This document shows, piece after piece, positions 30,213 to 39,712 of a stretch of 41,704 bases of DNA. The notes beneath the pieces are model-generated. The model searched no databases, had not been told where the DNA came from, and worked only from the letters and a program-made list of their open reading frames with translations. Where the stretch lies: positions 1-41,704 of the forward strand of contig JAISGJ010000063.1 of NCBI GenBank assembly GCA_031263105.1, given 5' to 3'. The position numbers were made by a program, and so were the translations under genes. Each line of letters starts with the position of its first letter. Position 1 is the stretch's first letter. This DNA is from Coriobacteriales bacterium. GTDB lineage: Bacteria > Actinomycetota > Coriobacteriia > Coriobacteriales > UBA8131.

Positions 30213-30713
30213 ATGAAAGAACACGACAGCTTTACAGTCTCACCATCCTCTGAAACAGCTGCAATAGAGAGAAAGCAACGTTTTGGATGGGAACTATTTT
30301 CAACGCAAGAAGTGAAGATAAAAGATTCCCATCTCGAAGGAGCAGGTGGGAACAGTGTACGTTCTGTTACTGAGACCGAACATTATATAAAATTGTCTTT
30401 TCAGCGTGATACCGATATGCCCAACTATACGCAGCTCAAAGCCTTAGAAGGGAGATTTAACGGACTTCACGCACCAGACAAGCCAGCTGAACCTTCCGTC
30501 GGGTGTGGGATGATAATTGCAATAATAGTCGGCTTCGCTCTATGGATTGTCCCCGGAGTAATACTTCTTCTGGTATATCTTCTTCATTTTAAGCCAAAAA
30601 CAAAGGAAAAGCATGCTGTCGAACTCGCTGAATATAATAGGCAATATGAGAGATATTCAAAGGAAGTCAACGATATATATGCACAAGCAGAGGCGCTATT
30701 GAGGAAATCATAA
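30213..30713 (+). CDS. Hypothetical membrane protein (FGWEL..KLSFQR N-domain plus TM hairpin)
   Basis: ORF with AAGGA RBS and hydrophobic IIAIIVGFALWIVPGVILLLVYLL. Confidence 0.75.
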   Translation: MKEHDSFTVSPSSETAAIERKQRFGWELFSTQEVKIKDSHLEGAGGNSVRSVTETEHYIKLSFQRDTDMPNYTQLKALEGRFNGLHAPDKPAEPSVGCGMIIAIIVGFALWIVPGVILLLVYLLHFKPKTKEKHAVELAEYNRQYERYSKEVNDIYAQAEALLRKS

Positions 30714-30963
30714 ATAGTTGACATGAAGACCATCATATCGCACATACTCGCATCAGGTTCCTTGCGTTAAAAATACTGCCAGAATTTAAGTAACACTCGC
30801 GTTGCCAATTTTGCCTATGTCACATCCGCCTAGCTATGGAAGATGAAACAAGATGGGGATTATAGAGTCCGAGACGAAATACGTGAGACTGGATTTTGCG
30901 GGCGTTAAAGGGGGATTACGCGAGCGTGTCCGACAATCGAGCGTATTTTAAAGGAGCTTAACT

Positions 30964-31197
30964 ATGGGTTTCGTAGATTTTATAGACCGCTTAATAGAGG
31001 CATCCCCAATTGTACTACTTGGAATACTGCTTGTAGCTGGTGGAAGTATAATTTTATGTTATGCAGTAAAAAGCGGGTTTAGGTTCGGTTGGGGCGTGTG
31101 GCGCCCAGGGTCGCCTTTTAATAGATTGGCTTTGGGAGCAATTCTTATTGTTGGTGGCATATTTTTTCTAGGGCTTGCTGGCCTAATTCATTTCTAG
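30964..31197 (+). CDS. Small 2-TM hypothetical protein
   Basis: AAGGAG RBS; two hydrophobic segments. Confidence 0.65.
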   Translation: MGFVDFIDRLIEASPIVLLGILLVAGGSIILCYAVKSGFRFGWGVWRPGSPFNRLALGAILIVGGIFFLGLAGLIHF

Positions 31198-31259
31198 GTT
31201 TATTTATCATAGGTATCGGCTTGGTGTTGGTTTTGAGTCCAAAGGGATAGAAGGGACAT

Positions 31260-31514
31260 ATGATTGATGAGTTCGCTAATGTGGCTGGCGATGCAGTTAT
31301 GGATGGCTTTAATGCAGTAAAGCCTGGATTTAATGAGGGAATTGAAGGAATAGTCAGAATCTTCGGCAGTGTTGGGTCGGTTCTAGCGGCAATAATTTTT
31401 TGCTATGTCCTGTATCGATTTATACGCAAGTCCGGTTTTGGTATTGGGGCACTCGTGTCATTGGGATTTATGGTTTTCTTTGTAGTAGCAGCTTGGTGGA
31501 TTTTATTGCCGTAA
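31260..31514 (+). CDS. Small 2-TM hypothetical protein
   Basis: AAGGGA RBS; two hydrophobic segments. Confidence 0.65.
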   Translation: MIDEFANVAGDAVMDGFNAVKPGFNEGIEGIVRIFGSVGSVLAAIIFCYVLYRFIRKSGFGIGALVSLGFMVFFVVAAWWILLP

Positions 31515-31583
31515 GCCCTGTTCTCTATCTCCCTGTCATGTATCGGTGTCGTCAGAATCTTGGAAACGGAAGTAAGCTAAAAA

Positions 31584-31919
31584 ATGCCTATCGACGTTGC
31601 ACAATCGAATCAAGTCAGCAGACTGATTATAGAGAGAAGAAAAGGAGGCTTGATAATCGACCGGAGCACTGTTTGGCCTTGGGACGTATATGTGGATGGT
31701 CATCGCATAGACGCACTTTATCAAGCAGGCAGCAGGGTCACCATTGAGAGAGACGGCGGTTTCGTCTGTTTTATCAGATGTGAAAATGGAATATATGAAG
31801 AAACTTCTGAAATAAGAATAAATGTCAAGACAGGTCAATCTTTGAAACTGGCATATGTCTATAAAAAGGTATTTGTCGGATGGGATTTCCAAAGGGTGCC
31901 TTGGGATAAATCCCCTTGA
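31584..31919 (+). CDS. Hypothetical beta-rich protein
   Basis: Co-oriented 111-aa ORF (DVYVDG motif); start uncertain. Confidence 0.55.
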   Translation: MPIDVAQSNQVSRLIIERRKGGLIIDRSTVWPWDVYVDGHRIDALYQAGSRVTIERDGGFVCFIRCENGIYEETSEIRINVKTGQSLKLAYVYKKVFVGWDFQRVPWDKSP

Positions 31920-32015
31920 CCTTCACGTTGAGCGATTCTATCAACATCCGTACGATGAGTCAGTAGCACAAGTGTTTTTTGACGGAGGATTCTCCAAGTT
32001 GAAGGGAGTCATCAC

Positions 32016-32216
32016 ATGTCGTTAATGAAGAAAATTACAAATTCCATTGAATCAGGTATACACAGGAGCCCGCTGGATTCGATAGCTCACAATTTCGACC
32101 AACACAATCGGGAGGTGTTCTTCAAAAAGCTCAACGAACTTTCAATCGCAAAAAAGGGCGATCCGGGCGATGACAGCGAGGACATAGAAAGTAAAAAAAC
32201 ACGACGCAGACGGTGA
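32016..32216 (+). CDS. Small hypothetical protein
   Basis: GGGAG RBS, 66 aa. Confidence 0.45.
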   Translation: MSLMKKITNSIESGIHRSPLDSIAHNFDQHNREVFFKKLNELSIAKKGDPGDDSEDIESKKTRRRR

Positions 32217-32530
32217 GGCTTCCGGGTGAACGAATGAAACGATATAAGCAGCAAAAGACATTGAGTAATGAATTAGATAAACTAAAGAGAAACACAAGCG
32301 GCAATGAGAGTTATAGATTGGGAACGGTTTTGTCTGCCAAAGAGTTAGGCGTTTCTAGAGAGGAAGGGTTGACTGTGAGCACAACTGTTGAAAACAGCTC
32401 GTACAGAACAATCGGTTATATAAAAGGCGAAACAATTGAAGACAGCTCGTACCGAACGGTCGGTCGAGTCAAAGGTTTAGACATTCGTCAAGGCGGTGCG
32501 GCAGCTTTACTTCTTTTGAACGCACGGTGA
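32213..32530 (+). CDS. Hypothetical protein or fragment with duplicated (V/I)E(N/D)SSYRT(I/V)G repeat, beta-flower-like
   Basis: TVENSSYRTIG / TIEDSSYRTVG and GGAAALLLL terminus; true start may be GTG near 32374. Confidence 0.45.
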   Translation: MRLPGERMKRYKQQKTLSNELDKLKRNTSGNESYRLGTVLSAKELGVSREEGLTVSTTVENSSYRTIGYIKGETIEDSSYRTVGRVKGLDIRQGGAAALLLLNAR

Positions 32531-32560
32531 AAACTGAGCAGTAGGATATGAGGAGGGGCA

Positions 32561-34387
32561 ATGGCGAATATTTGGCTGCGTTGGGACAATATATCAACCG
32601 ATGATTTTTTCTCAGAGTTGATTATTCCATTATTGCGAAGCCTTGGTGAGCACAACCTCTATGCGAACCTCAAGCCCACGCTAAACAGAATCTACGAGAA
32701 CGAGGGCAACTTGGTTTACGCATTATTCCCCGGAGGAACGCTGAGTTTTGTCTTTGCGGTCGGCCCCATCCGCAATACGATTACCGGTGACATCGACGAC
32801 TCGAAATGGCTGATGGCGGCTATCGGTGACGTGTCCGACAGCATGGGAATCTCTTCTGAAGACACCGATAATGCCCTGCACGACTATCATAGCAAGCTGT
32901 TGGAATGTGCCTCTCCAGTATCAGGCGTAAAGATTACCACCGGAGGTTCGTCAGGCCAGTCGGCACCAATCACCCAGCTATGCTTTGAGAGCAGCTACGA
33001 GCCACACGTTGTTCTAACCAAGTGGTGGGAGGCTTTTGGATTTGGTCAAGGGTTGGAGCTTCCGGATGCGCAGGGCGATGGCGGTGCATCGACAGGGGGC
33101 GGTTACGAAGGTGATCTCTGGATCAACATGGAGGTCTGGAATGAGGATGACTCAAAAGGCTCGATAGTCAGACTTTCTGTACGGCCTGAGCCTTTTGGGG
33201 AAGTATCTGTACGCAACACTTTGCAACAGCTCATCGAAAAGATGCGGCCTCCCATGCGTAGAAGCCTGTCACCGATTGCGCTTGCTGCCGATTCCTTCAC
33301 CTGGATTGGCGGACATGATTGGGTAGATGATGAAGTCCCCCAAAATAAATGGACAATAGCGCAGGTCAATGAGGCAATTGCCCATGCGCCTTCCGGCCTG
33401 ATTGCGGCGGACGGGACTCTGATTGGAGATGGTTCGAAAAACTGTAGCCTCGGTTTTATTGATGCGCCGCGACGCACAGCTTATTTTGTATACGGATACC
33501 TTGGCCTTAACCGGGACGAGCCCAGTATCGAGATAATCGATGGCTGCGGCAGAGTTCCGATTTCGTCGATTCAGGGCATCAGGTTAATGGCGCATGGCAT
33601 ATGTCCATATTGTGTGAATATCTCCACAGATGGCAAAGCATTGGCGATGATTGAGTATTGCGATGACCGTGGTTATATCAGCCTGATAGATGTGGCAAGC
33701 GAAGATATCCGCCGCTTGGCTTCTTTCGACCACGCCTACGGAGATGAGAGGATAGCGTTCAGCCCGGATAACAGATGGCTCCTGCTGCCACGCACTCATC
33801 ATGGTCATGGGGCGACGATCATCGAAGTTCAGACTGGGGCACATCGTGTGTTTGATGTATGCGGTAGTGGGGTTTGCTGGTGGGTCAATGACGGTAGCTT
33901 GGGCTTGCTCAGCTTCGGCAGGTTGAATGCTGATACGAATGAGTATGACCCATATCAGGCTGTATTCTTGGACTTTGCGACCGGCAAGAGCGAAGCACTG
34001 GTAAAACTGTCTGTGTCGGATGACATGATGTTTCGAAGTTATGGGGGTGTCCGTGATTCTGAGCCATCATGTGATAAGCGCTGTCTGGTGGGGATGAACC
34101 TGCCGTCTGTTCGTCAGGATTATGACGTTGATGGAGCCGCAATGATAATCGATATTCAAACAGGAGAAGTCTCTCTCACTATTGACCGGATTGCGGATCC
34201 GGATCGTCAAGTCTTTCGCAAGCAAAGCCATTGGCACTGGAACTCACCGTACAACCTTGTAATAGTTAAGGAGCCGTTGGTGCTTAAGAATGGGTTTACA
34301 CCGGCAGATACATCGGAATGGCACCAGTGCGAAAAGGAGCTCGGAGGAATTCTCTGCATTGACTTCGACAGTCCATTTTTTGGGTGA
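32561..34387 (+). CDS. Hypothetical 608-aa protein with C-terminal TolB/WD40-like beta-propeller
   Basis: ISTDGKALA, AFSPDNRWLL, IIEVQTG, IIDIQTGE blade motifs; AGGAGG RBS. Confidence 0.75.
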   Translation: MANIWLRWDNISTDDFFSELIIPLLRSLGEHNLYANLKPTLNRIYENEGNLVYALFPGGTLSFVFAVGPIRNTITGDIDDSKWLMAAIGDVSDSMGISSEDTDNALHDYHSKLLECASPVSGVKITTGGSSGQSAPITQLCFESSYEPHVVLTKWWEAFGFGQGLELPDAQGDGGASTGGGYEGDLWINMEVWNEDDSKGSIVRLSVRPEPFGEVSVRNTLQQLIEKMRPPMRRSLSPIALAADSFTWIGGHDWVDDEVPQNKWTIAQVNEAIAHAPSGLIAADGTLIGDGSKNCSLGFIDAPRRTAYFVYGYLGLNRDEPSIEIIDGCGRVPISSIQGIRLMAHGICPYCVNISTDGKALAMIEYCDDRGYISLIDVASEDIRRLASFDHAYGDERIAFSPDNRWLLLPRTHHGHGATIIEVQTGAHRVFDVCGSGVCWWVNDGSLGLLSFGRLNADTNEYDPYQAVFLDFATGKSEALVKLSVSDDMMFRSYGGVRDSEPSCDKRCLVGMNLPSVRQDYDVDGAAMIIDIQTGEVSLTIDRIADPDRQVFRKQSHWHWNSPYNLVIVKEPLVLKNGFTPADTSEWHQCEKELGGILCIDFDSPFFG

Positions 34388-34414
34388 TCAAAAATCAGAA
34401 TTTAGGAGGTTATT

Positions 34415-34900
34415 ATGGGGCAATGTCCGCACTACAAAGGCAATTTGGTATGCGGGGCGACGAATCAGACCATAAGCAGCTACATAAGGGACAATACCTG
34501 TTACAAGAGCTATGACCGCTGCTCGGATTACAAGAAGTCAAGCTCGGGCGGATGCTATTTGACCTCAGCCTGTATGCAGGCGCAGCAGGAGAGCTTCGAT
34601 GACGACTGCTACGAGCTGACCGAACTCAGGCGCTTTCGCGATGAATACGTAAGGGTTAATCACCCCGATGCCGTAAGTCGCTATTACGAGGTCGCTCCAC
34701 AGGTGGTTTCGATAATCGACGGGCGTGAGGACAGTGCAGGCATATATCGGTTGATGTACGAGAATATGGTGCTCCCTACCGTCACGCTCTTCCGCAACGG
34801 TGAAGTGGAAGAAGCATATCGGGTTTACAAGACATACAGCGATGGCTTGGAAGAGCGGTTTGTTTCGACTGGCGGCGGATTAACGACAGAACATGAATGA
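34415..34900 (+). CDS. Cys-rich N-domain plus CFI-box-CTERM-like domain protein
   Basis: CPHY..C..C..C, then SSGGCYLTSAC...DDC.EL..LR.FRD....YY..AP; AGGAGG RBS. Confidence 0.8.
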   Translation: MGQCPHYKGNLVCGATNQTISSYIRDNTCYKSYDRCSDYKKSSSGGCYLTSACMQAQQESFDDDCYELTELRRFRDEYVRVNHPDAVSRYYEVAPQVVSIIDGREDSAGIYRLMYENMVLPTVTLFRNGEVEEAYRVYKTYSDGLEERFVSTGGGLTTEHE

Positions 34901-35307
34901 GGAAGCCAAGGCAAAGTTCACATATAAAACGATTATACGAAATGCAATGCGCTAGGGGCAAGAAGCTAGGAGGATGGCGTTAAATGACAACAGAGAATTT
35001 GAGGCAAACTTATATTAATTGCAAGAAATGACTATGAGATTTCTTCTAACTTTGCAACGATGACCGCATCCGGCATAGCAAAAAAGTATTTAAATACCGC
35101 ATCACCATCATATTTGGGCGAAATAATATGCTCACTCCTGTCACCTTCCGCTAGCGTAAACGCAGGGCGGATATCGCGAAGGAGCCGCCATTCGTAGATG
35201 CGACGCGTGAACCTGTCAAAAGTTGAACACATACACTCTCCGCTTAGTCTGCACAAGCAGGTTTTCCACATATAGAGAAAGCCTGAAACATAAAGGAAGA
35301 TGAGACT

Positions 35308-36219
35308 ATGAGAAGTAGCAATGTCACCGAACGGGAACAGAGAATATTTGCAAGGGCAGCTCTGATTGCCCAAGAAAAAGGTGTCGGTGGTATGACTGGA
35401 GATTACGTGGGGTGTTCGAAATATGAATATGACGATTCCAGAATCAAAATTCTTTATCGTAGCCAGTATGATAAGGACGAGAATTCCTATAACATGGCAT
35501 ATGATTGTTTGATAGAAAAAGGCCAATACATTCGGATTTGGTTTAACGGTTCCAAAGTTTTTGAACACACGCTAAAGTTTCAAGAAAAGTCGCGGTATGG
35601 TCCAAGGATGCCATATTCAGGAGAACTGCCTTTGTCGGCAAGTATGAATGAAGAAAACTCTCTCGACATTACAGGAGTTTGGGAAAGTGACGTTGAGAAA
35701 CTATCTAAAACTATAAAGGAGCATACGGATATATTTGCATCAGAGCGAAGCAATATTAGAAATGTGAGGGCATTTCTAAGTGCGAGTTATTCTCTTTTCT
35801 CTGATCTGGGAAAATTAAACGAAGAAAAGGAGAGACTTGAAGCTAAATGGAATAACGGCATTTTGCTTTGGGTACCATATTTTTACCAGGAAAGGGCCAT
35901 GGGCCCGACAAGGGATGCTCTCGGGGAGTGTATCTATCGTATCAATGAACTATCAAAGAAGTATCTTGGAGGGGGTTTTAAGTACCCCGGAGGTTATATA
36001 GTCTCTGGCAAGAAAAGAAAAACTTGGTATCAGACATTTTTCCGATGGTTTTTCATAACGATTTGGATGGACTTGAGGGAAGCCTGTATGGACGTTAGAG
36101 ACGACGGCTTGATGTTCTTTCTTCTTAGGGTACTTTGGATTCTCTTTCAGCGCTATATTATTTTAGTGATAATAATAGGTTTAATTGTGATGCCGATAAT
36201 GTTGGCATCAGGGCAGTGA
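35308..36219 (+). CDS. Hypothetical protein with C-terminal membrane segments
   Basis: 303-aa ORF with hydrophobic C-terminus. Confidence 0.7.
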   Translation: MRSSNVTEREQRIFARAALIAQEKGVGGMTGDYVGCSKYEYDDSRIKILYRSQYDKDENSYNMAYDCLIEKGQYIRIWFNGSKVFEHTLKFQEKSRYGPRMPYSGELPLSASMNEENSLDITGVWESDVEKLSKTIKEHTDIFASERSNIRNVRAFLSASYSLFSDLGKLNEEKERLEAKWNNGILLWVPYFYQERAMGPTRDALGECIYRINELSKKYLGGGFKYPGGYIVSGKKRKTWYQTFFRWFFITIWMDLREACMDVRDDGLMFFLLRVLWILFQRYIILVIIIGLIVMPIMLASGQ

Positions 36220-36394
36220 TGATTAAATGCATGATGAGTGTTGCCCGTTACACTCGTGAAAGTTTGGTGAACTTCTCGTTGAGCACGTGGCGCATCTCGT
36301 TCACTGAATAATCACATACGACGCTGCATCGCCGGGAGTGGCGACAGCTTTCATAAACGCCTGGATGTGACAAGGGGACGTGTGACAAGGGGTG

Positions 36395-36481
36395 AGGGGG
36401 GCGTATAAACTGTCACACACGGCAATGCGGCAGAAGGATGTCTGCCCTGCCTGTCATGCGTGACAGTTTATACGCCCCCCT
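36395..36481. repeat. 22-bp perfect inverted repeat with GTGACA-type REP-like motifs between convergent genes
   Basis: AGGGGGGCGTATAAACTGTCAC / GTGACAGTTTATACGCCCCCCT; adjacent tandem GTGACAAGGGG. Confidence 0.75.
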
Positions 36482-36490
36482 GTCACGTTT

Positions 36491-36907
36491 TTACCGAAAC
36501 CACAGGAAGTTGAGCGTCCCCGCTTGCTCAACGGCATCAAGCTCGTGGTGGTCGGATGTAACGAGTGTCGCTCCGTCGATTCTTGCTTGTGCTATCGCCA
36601 TCGAGTCCGCAAGCGACATTCGCCTGTGCGCCTGTTTCGCCTTGCCTGCCTCGCGCATCAGTTCGTCGGTGAACCAGTCAGACACGGATATGCCACTGTC
36701 CTTCACCATGCCGAGGATGCCCTCTGCAAATTCCTCGCCGTTTGCGACAAGGTAGCCATAGTAGATTTCAAACAGGTTGAACTTATTCATGGTAATGGAG
36801 CATTCGCCTGCATCCGCATCCGCAAGAAGGCGCTCTATCACATCCGCGCCGTCCTCGTCGTTGAATAAGGCTATGAGGGCGCAGGCGTCAAAGACGTACC
36901 TGTTCAT
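36491..36907 (-). CDS. vapC: PIN-domain (VapC family) toxin
   Basis: YVFDACALIA, N..E, SLADSMAIA.A......LVTSD..E; start at ATG 36907 overlapping the upstream stop. Confidence 0.88.
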   Translation of the reverse strand: MNRYVFDACALIALFNDEDGADVIERLLADADAGECSITMNKFNLFEIYYGYLVANGEEFAEGILGMVKDSGISVSDWFTDELMREAGKAKQAHRRMSLADSMAIAQARIDGATLVTSDHHELDAVEQAGTLNFLWFR

Positions 36908-37116
36908 TCGCCAAAGCTCCTGTCGGCGCGACGGCTCTCGAACAGGGACTCGGTGGTGAAGCTGCTGCCTCTGGCGACACCTCGCATCTTGCTTGTCTCT
37001 CGCACGGGTGTGAGGCTGATGACCCCGCCGTCCTCGCGCAGCTTGACGCGCTCCGTCGGTATCAGGTGAAGCAGCGTCTCCTGCAATGTGCTTTTGCTCA
37101 GTACCATCTCGGTCAT
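36904..37116 (-). CDS. Putative antitoxin of the VapC toxin
   Basis: 70 aa, AAGGAG RBS, ATGA overlap with the toxin, VKLREDGGVISLTPV resembles an AbrB/MazE-type strand pair; TATAAT at 37214-37219 upstream. Confidence 0.7.
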   Translation of the reverse strand: MTEMVLSKSTLQETLLHLIPTERVKLREDGGVISLTPVRETSKMRGVARGSSFTTESLFESRRADRSFGE

Positions 37117-37347
37117 CTGCGTACTCCTTTCCTGCAAGGTCCGGCAACGGCGCACTTGCTGCCCACATGGACACAAACCCCGCACACCTGAATGCGAGTC
37201 AGGCCGTATTCTCATTATAACGTAGAATCGCGGAACCTCAGCCTGTCCCCTTTGTCTGTCCCACGCGGTCCCCCCTGTCCCCCTGTCACCGTTTGGGAGC
37301 CGCACGAAGGCTGCCTCATTCTGCCTGCGTCCCTTTGCGCCTCGTTC

Positions 37348-38244
37348 TCACGCAGGCAGGACATGGGCGCGGTAGAGCTCCCTGACCGTGTCGGCCAGAT
37401 GCATGCGGAAGACAGGCTTCGCGACGGTCTCATTGAGGGTTTCCGGCTCAATGAAGCGCTGCATGTTGAAGAGGAAGGCGTCGCTCTCAACGATGCCGGG
37501 CAGTTTCTCGCACATGCTCTCGGCTCTTGCCCTGAAGCCGGTGACACGATAGTCGCTGACTTTGCGCGTCACCAAATCGCTGACGTCGGAGAAGTCCGCT
37601 CGGGGGTAGAGCGAGATCCAGCGCAGGTCCCAAATGTCCCGGTACCTGACGGCCTTTGCGGTTGCAAGGGACACCAGCTTGTCCGCCAGCAGCTCGCCCG
37701 GCGTCTCCACCGGCAGCAGGATGTTCTCGTAACTTGACGGCAGATCCGCATAGTTGCGAATCAGGGGACGGAAGCCTTTCGTGTGGGCAGGAACCAGCGC
37801 GACCTCCAGTTTGATGCGCTGATGCGGAATGTCCGGCCTGCCTCCCACGGTTACCACTTGGATTTGCCAACGTTCGACCTGCACCGACGCATCGGAGAGG
37901 CCGCTTTCAATCGCAACCAGTTTCGGCTCTTTGACTGTCGCCTGCACGTCATAGCGCTTGGTGACGGATGTCTCCACTACATGCCGCAATGTTGCCATGG
38001 AGCCCACGTCGAAATCCGTGCCGCCCGCAAAATCGAGGTCCTCGCTCAGGCGCATCGACCCGTAGCACAGGCGAAGCGAGGTTCCGCCCTGAAAGACGAG
38101 CCTGTCCAGAAAGCCGTGCCTTTCCATGGCCGCGAGTATCTCGTAATGCAGGAGTTCCTTTTGGATGACCGGAAGCAGCGCGGGCGCATGCTGCTCTTCG
38201 GCGATCCGCGTGGCAAGCTCCATGAAACTCATGCGTGCAGGCAT
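37348..38244 (-). CDS. abiEii: AbiEii family nucleotidyltransferase toxin (type IV TA)
   Basis: LVFQGGTSLRLCYGSMRLSEDLDF, E..ADKL, R.RDIWDL. Confidence 0.9.
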   Translation of the reverse strand: MPARMSFMELATRIAEEQHAPALLPVIQKELLHYEILAAMERHGFLDRLVFQGGTSLRLCYGSMRLSEDLDFAGGTDFDVGSMATLRHVVETSVTKRYDVQATVKEPKLVAIESGLSDASVQVERWQIQVVTVGGRPDIPHQRIKLEVALVPAHTKGFRPLIRNYADLPSSYENILLPVETPGELLADKLVSLATAKAVRYRDIWDLRWISLYPRADFSDVSDLVTRKVSDYRVTGFRARAESMCEKLPGIVESDAFLFNMQRFIEPETLNETVAKPVFRMHLADTVRELYRAHVLPA

Positions 38245-38777
38245 CAGGTCTCCTCCCAGTCCCCGTCGATCAACTCGAGGTTTCGATGCGTGCTGCGCTG
38301 GTTCTTCAGTGCCAGACGGGCATTGGCAAAGGGCAGCGGATGGGCAGGGCGCTCTATGGTGTTTGCGACGATCTCTGCGGGGCTTGTCGCGGTATGGGTG
38401 AACGAGACGGTGCCGTAGGGCGTGTCGAAGCGGCCCTCCCGCCCGGTCGTGGCAACGGTGATCAGGTTGAAGGGGATCTGCGAGATGATGCCGTGCTCCG
38501 CGAGCGCGCTTTCGTAGCTGAGGTAGTTGTACTCCGAGCGGCGCAGGTACTGGGCGATCGACTCCAAGGTGGAGATGCCGATTCGCTTGCTGTATGCAAA
38601 GACATACACGCCTTGCGCCGCCCTGACGAGAATCCCGTTTTGCACCAGCCGCTCCACTGTCTTGGCAAAGGCAGCCGCAGGCTCCCCGAAAAGCCGCCTG
38701 AGCTCCCGGCGCAGATGGATGTAGGTGCCCGCGTCGTCCATCTCCTTAAGCCTTGCCAGGGCATCAGCCTGAGTCAT
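38244..38777 (-). CDS. abiEi: AbiEi family antitoxin
   Basis: N-terminal wHTH (RLVQNGILVRAAQGVY), YLSYESALAEHGIISQIP; coupled to abiEii; start ATG 38777. Confidence 0.88.
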   Translation of the reverse strand: MTQADALARLKEMDDAGTYIHLRRELRRLFGEPAAAFAKTVERLVQNGILVRAAQGVYVFAYSKRIGISTLESIAQYLRRSEYNYLSYESALAEHGIISQIPFNLITVATTGREGRFDTPYGTVSFTHTATSPAEIVANTIERPAHPLPFANARLALKNQRSTHRNLELIDGDWEET

Positions 38778-38908
38778 CGACAATCCTCTACTCTCATTGA
38801 CTCTACAGTAATGATAAGTATAGGTAGTATTGTCGTAGAGTTCAAGGTTTCGCGTCGTCGGCGCACGGCGGCGCACGGCGGCCTCCCGCCCTCGCGCCCC
38901 GCGCAATC

Positions 38909-38917
38909 TGGTATCAT
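38909..38917 (+). promoter_or_regulatory. Extended -10 promoter for the XRE-cupin gene
   Basis: TGgTATCAT about 47 bp upstream of the ATG. Confidence 0.5.
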
Positions 38918-38964
38918 ACCTACTCACACCGAACGCACATCCAAGGGAAGGGAACGCCGCAACC

Positions 38965-39615
38965 ATGGAGCCGAACGTCCAAGAGGTCGCGAACCGCATA
39001 CGCTCGTTGCGCGAGGACCTCGGCCTCGGCATTGAGGCCATGGCCGAGGCCACCGGTCGCAGCGTCGAGGAGTACGTCGCGCAGGAGAGGGGGGAGAAGG
39101 ACCCCTCCTTCACCTTCCTCTACAAGTGTGCCGCCGCCTTCGGCGTCGACGTCGTCGAGCTGCTCACGGGCGAGGCCCCCCACCTCAAGGGCTACGAGCT
39201 GGTGCGCGGGGGCGAGGGCCTCTCCATCAAGCGGCGCGAGGGCTTCGAGTACCTGCACCAGGCGCCCTTCTTCTCCCACAAGCTCTGCGAGCCCTTCATC
39301 GTCACCGCGCCCTATGTCCCTGCGGAGCAGGACGCGCCCATCCATCTCTCCTATCACAGGGGCCAGGAGCTCGACTACGTCATCAGCGGTCGGATGCGCT
39401 TCGCCTTCGAGGGCCACGTCGAGGAGCTCGGGCCGGGCGACACCCTGTATTACGACTCGGGGCGCGGTCACGGCATGATCGCCATCGGCGGCGGCCCCTG
39501 CGTGTTCCTCGCGGTCGTCCTCAAGCCGCAGGAGGCCCCGGCCCCCCAGGACCTCCCGGCCCCTCAGGACCTCCCGGCAGCCCCGGCAGACGGGGGCGCC
39601 ATCAACATTCCCTAG
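38965..39615 (+). CDS. XRE-family HTH regulator with cupin domain
   Basis: RIRSLRE..HTH; H.GQE..YV.SG, LGPGD.LYYDS...HGM; typical neighbour of acyl-CoA synthetases. Confidence 0.9.
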   Translation: MEPNVQEVANRIRSLREDLGLGIEAMAEATGRSVEEYVAQERGEKDPSFTFLYKCAAAFGVDVVELLTGEAPHLKGYELVRGGEGLSIKRREGFEYLHQAPFFSHKLCEPFIVTAPYVPAEQDAPIHLSYHRGQELDYVISGRMRFAFEGHVEELGPGDTLYYDSGRGHGMIAIGGGPCVFLAVVLKPQEAPAPQDLPAPQDLPAAPADGGAINIP

Positions 39616-39712
39616 GCGCTTCCCGCCTTGTGCCAGAAGCGCCGCCGTGCCTTTGCATCCGTCTGACAACCCGGGTGCGCCCCGTCGCGCCCCCTGCCCC
39701 GAAGGGTCGAAC

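Noticed and set aside
34974-35200. Possible frameshifted small gene (MALNDNREFEANLY then an open frame)
   Set aside because: No recognisable homology and poor RBS spacing
29747-36219. Integron cassette array or multi-site shufflon
   Set aside because: No tyrosine integrase, no recurring attC-like sites between genes, and no further convincing copies of the TCAAAAGGT site seen by eye
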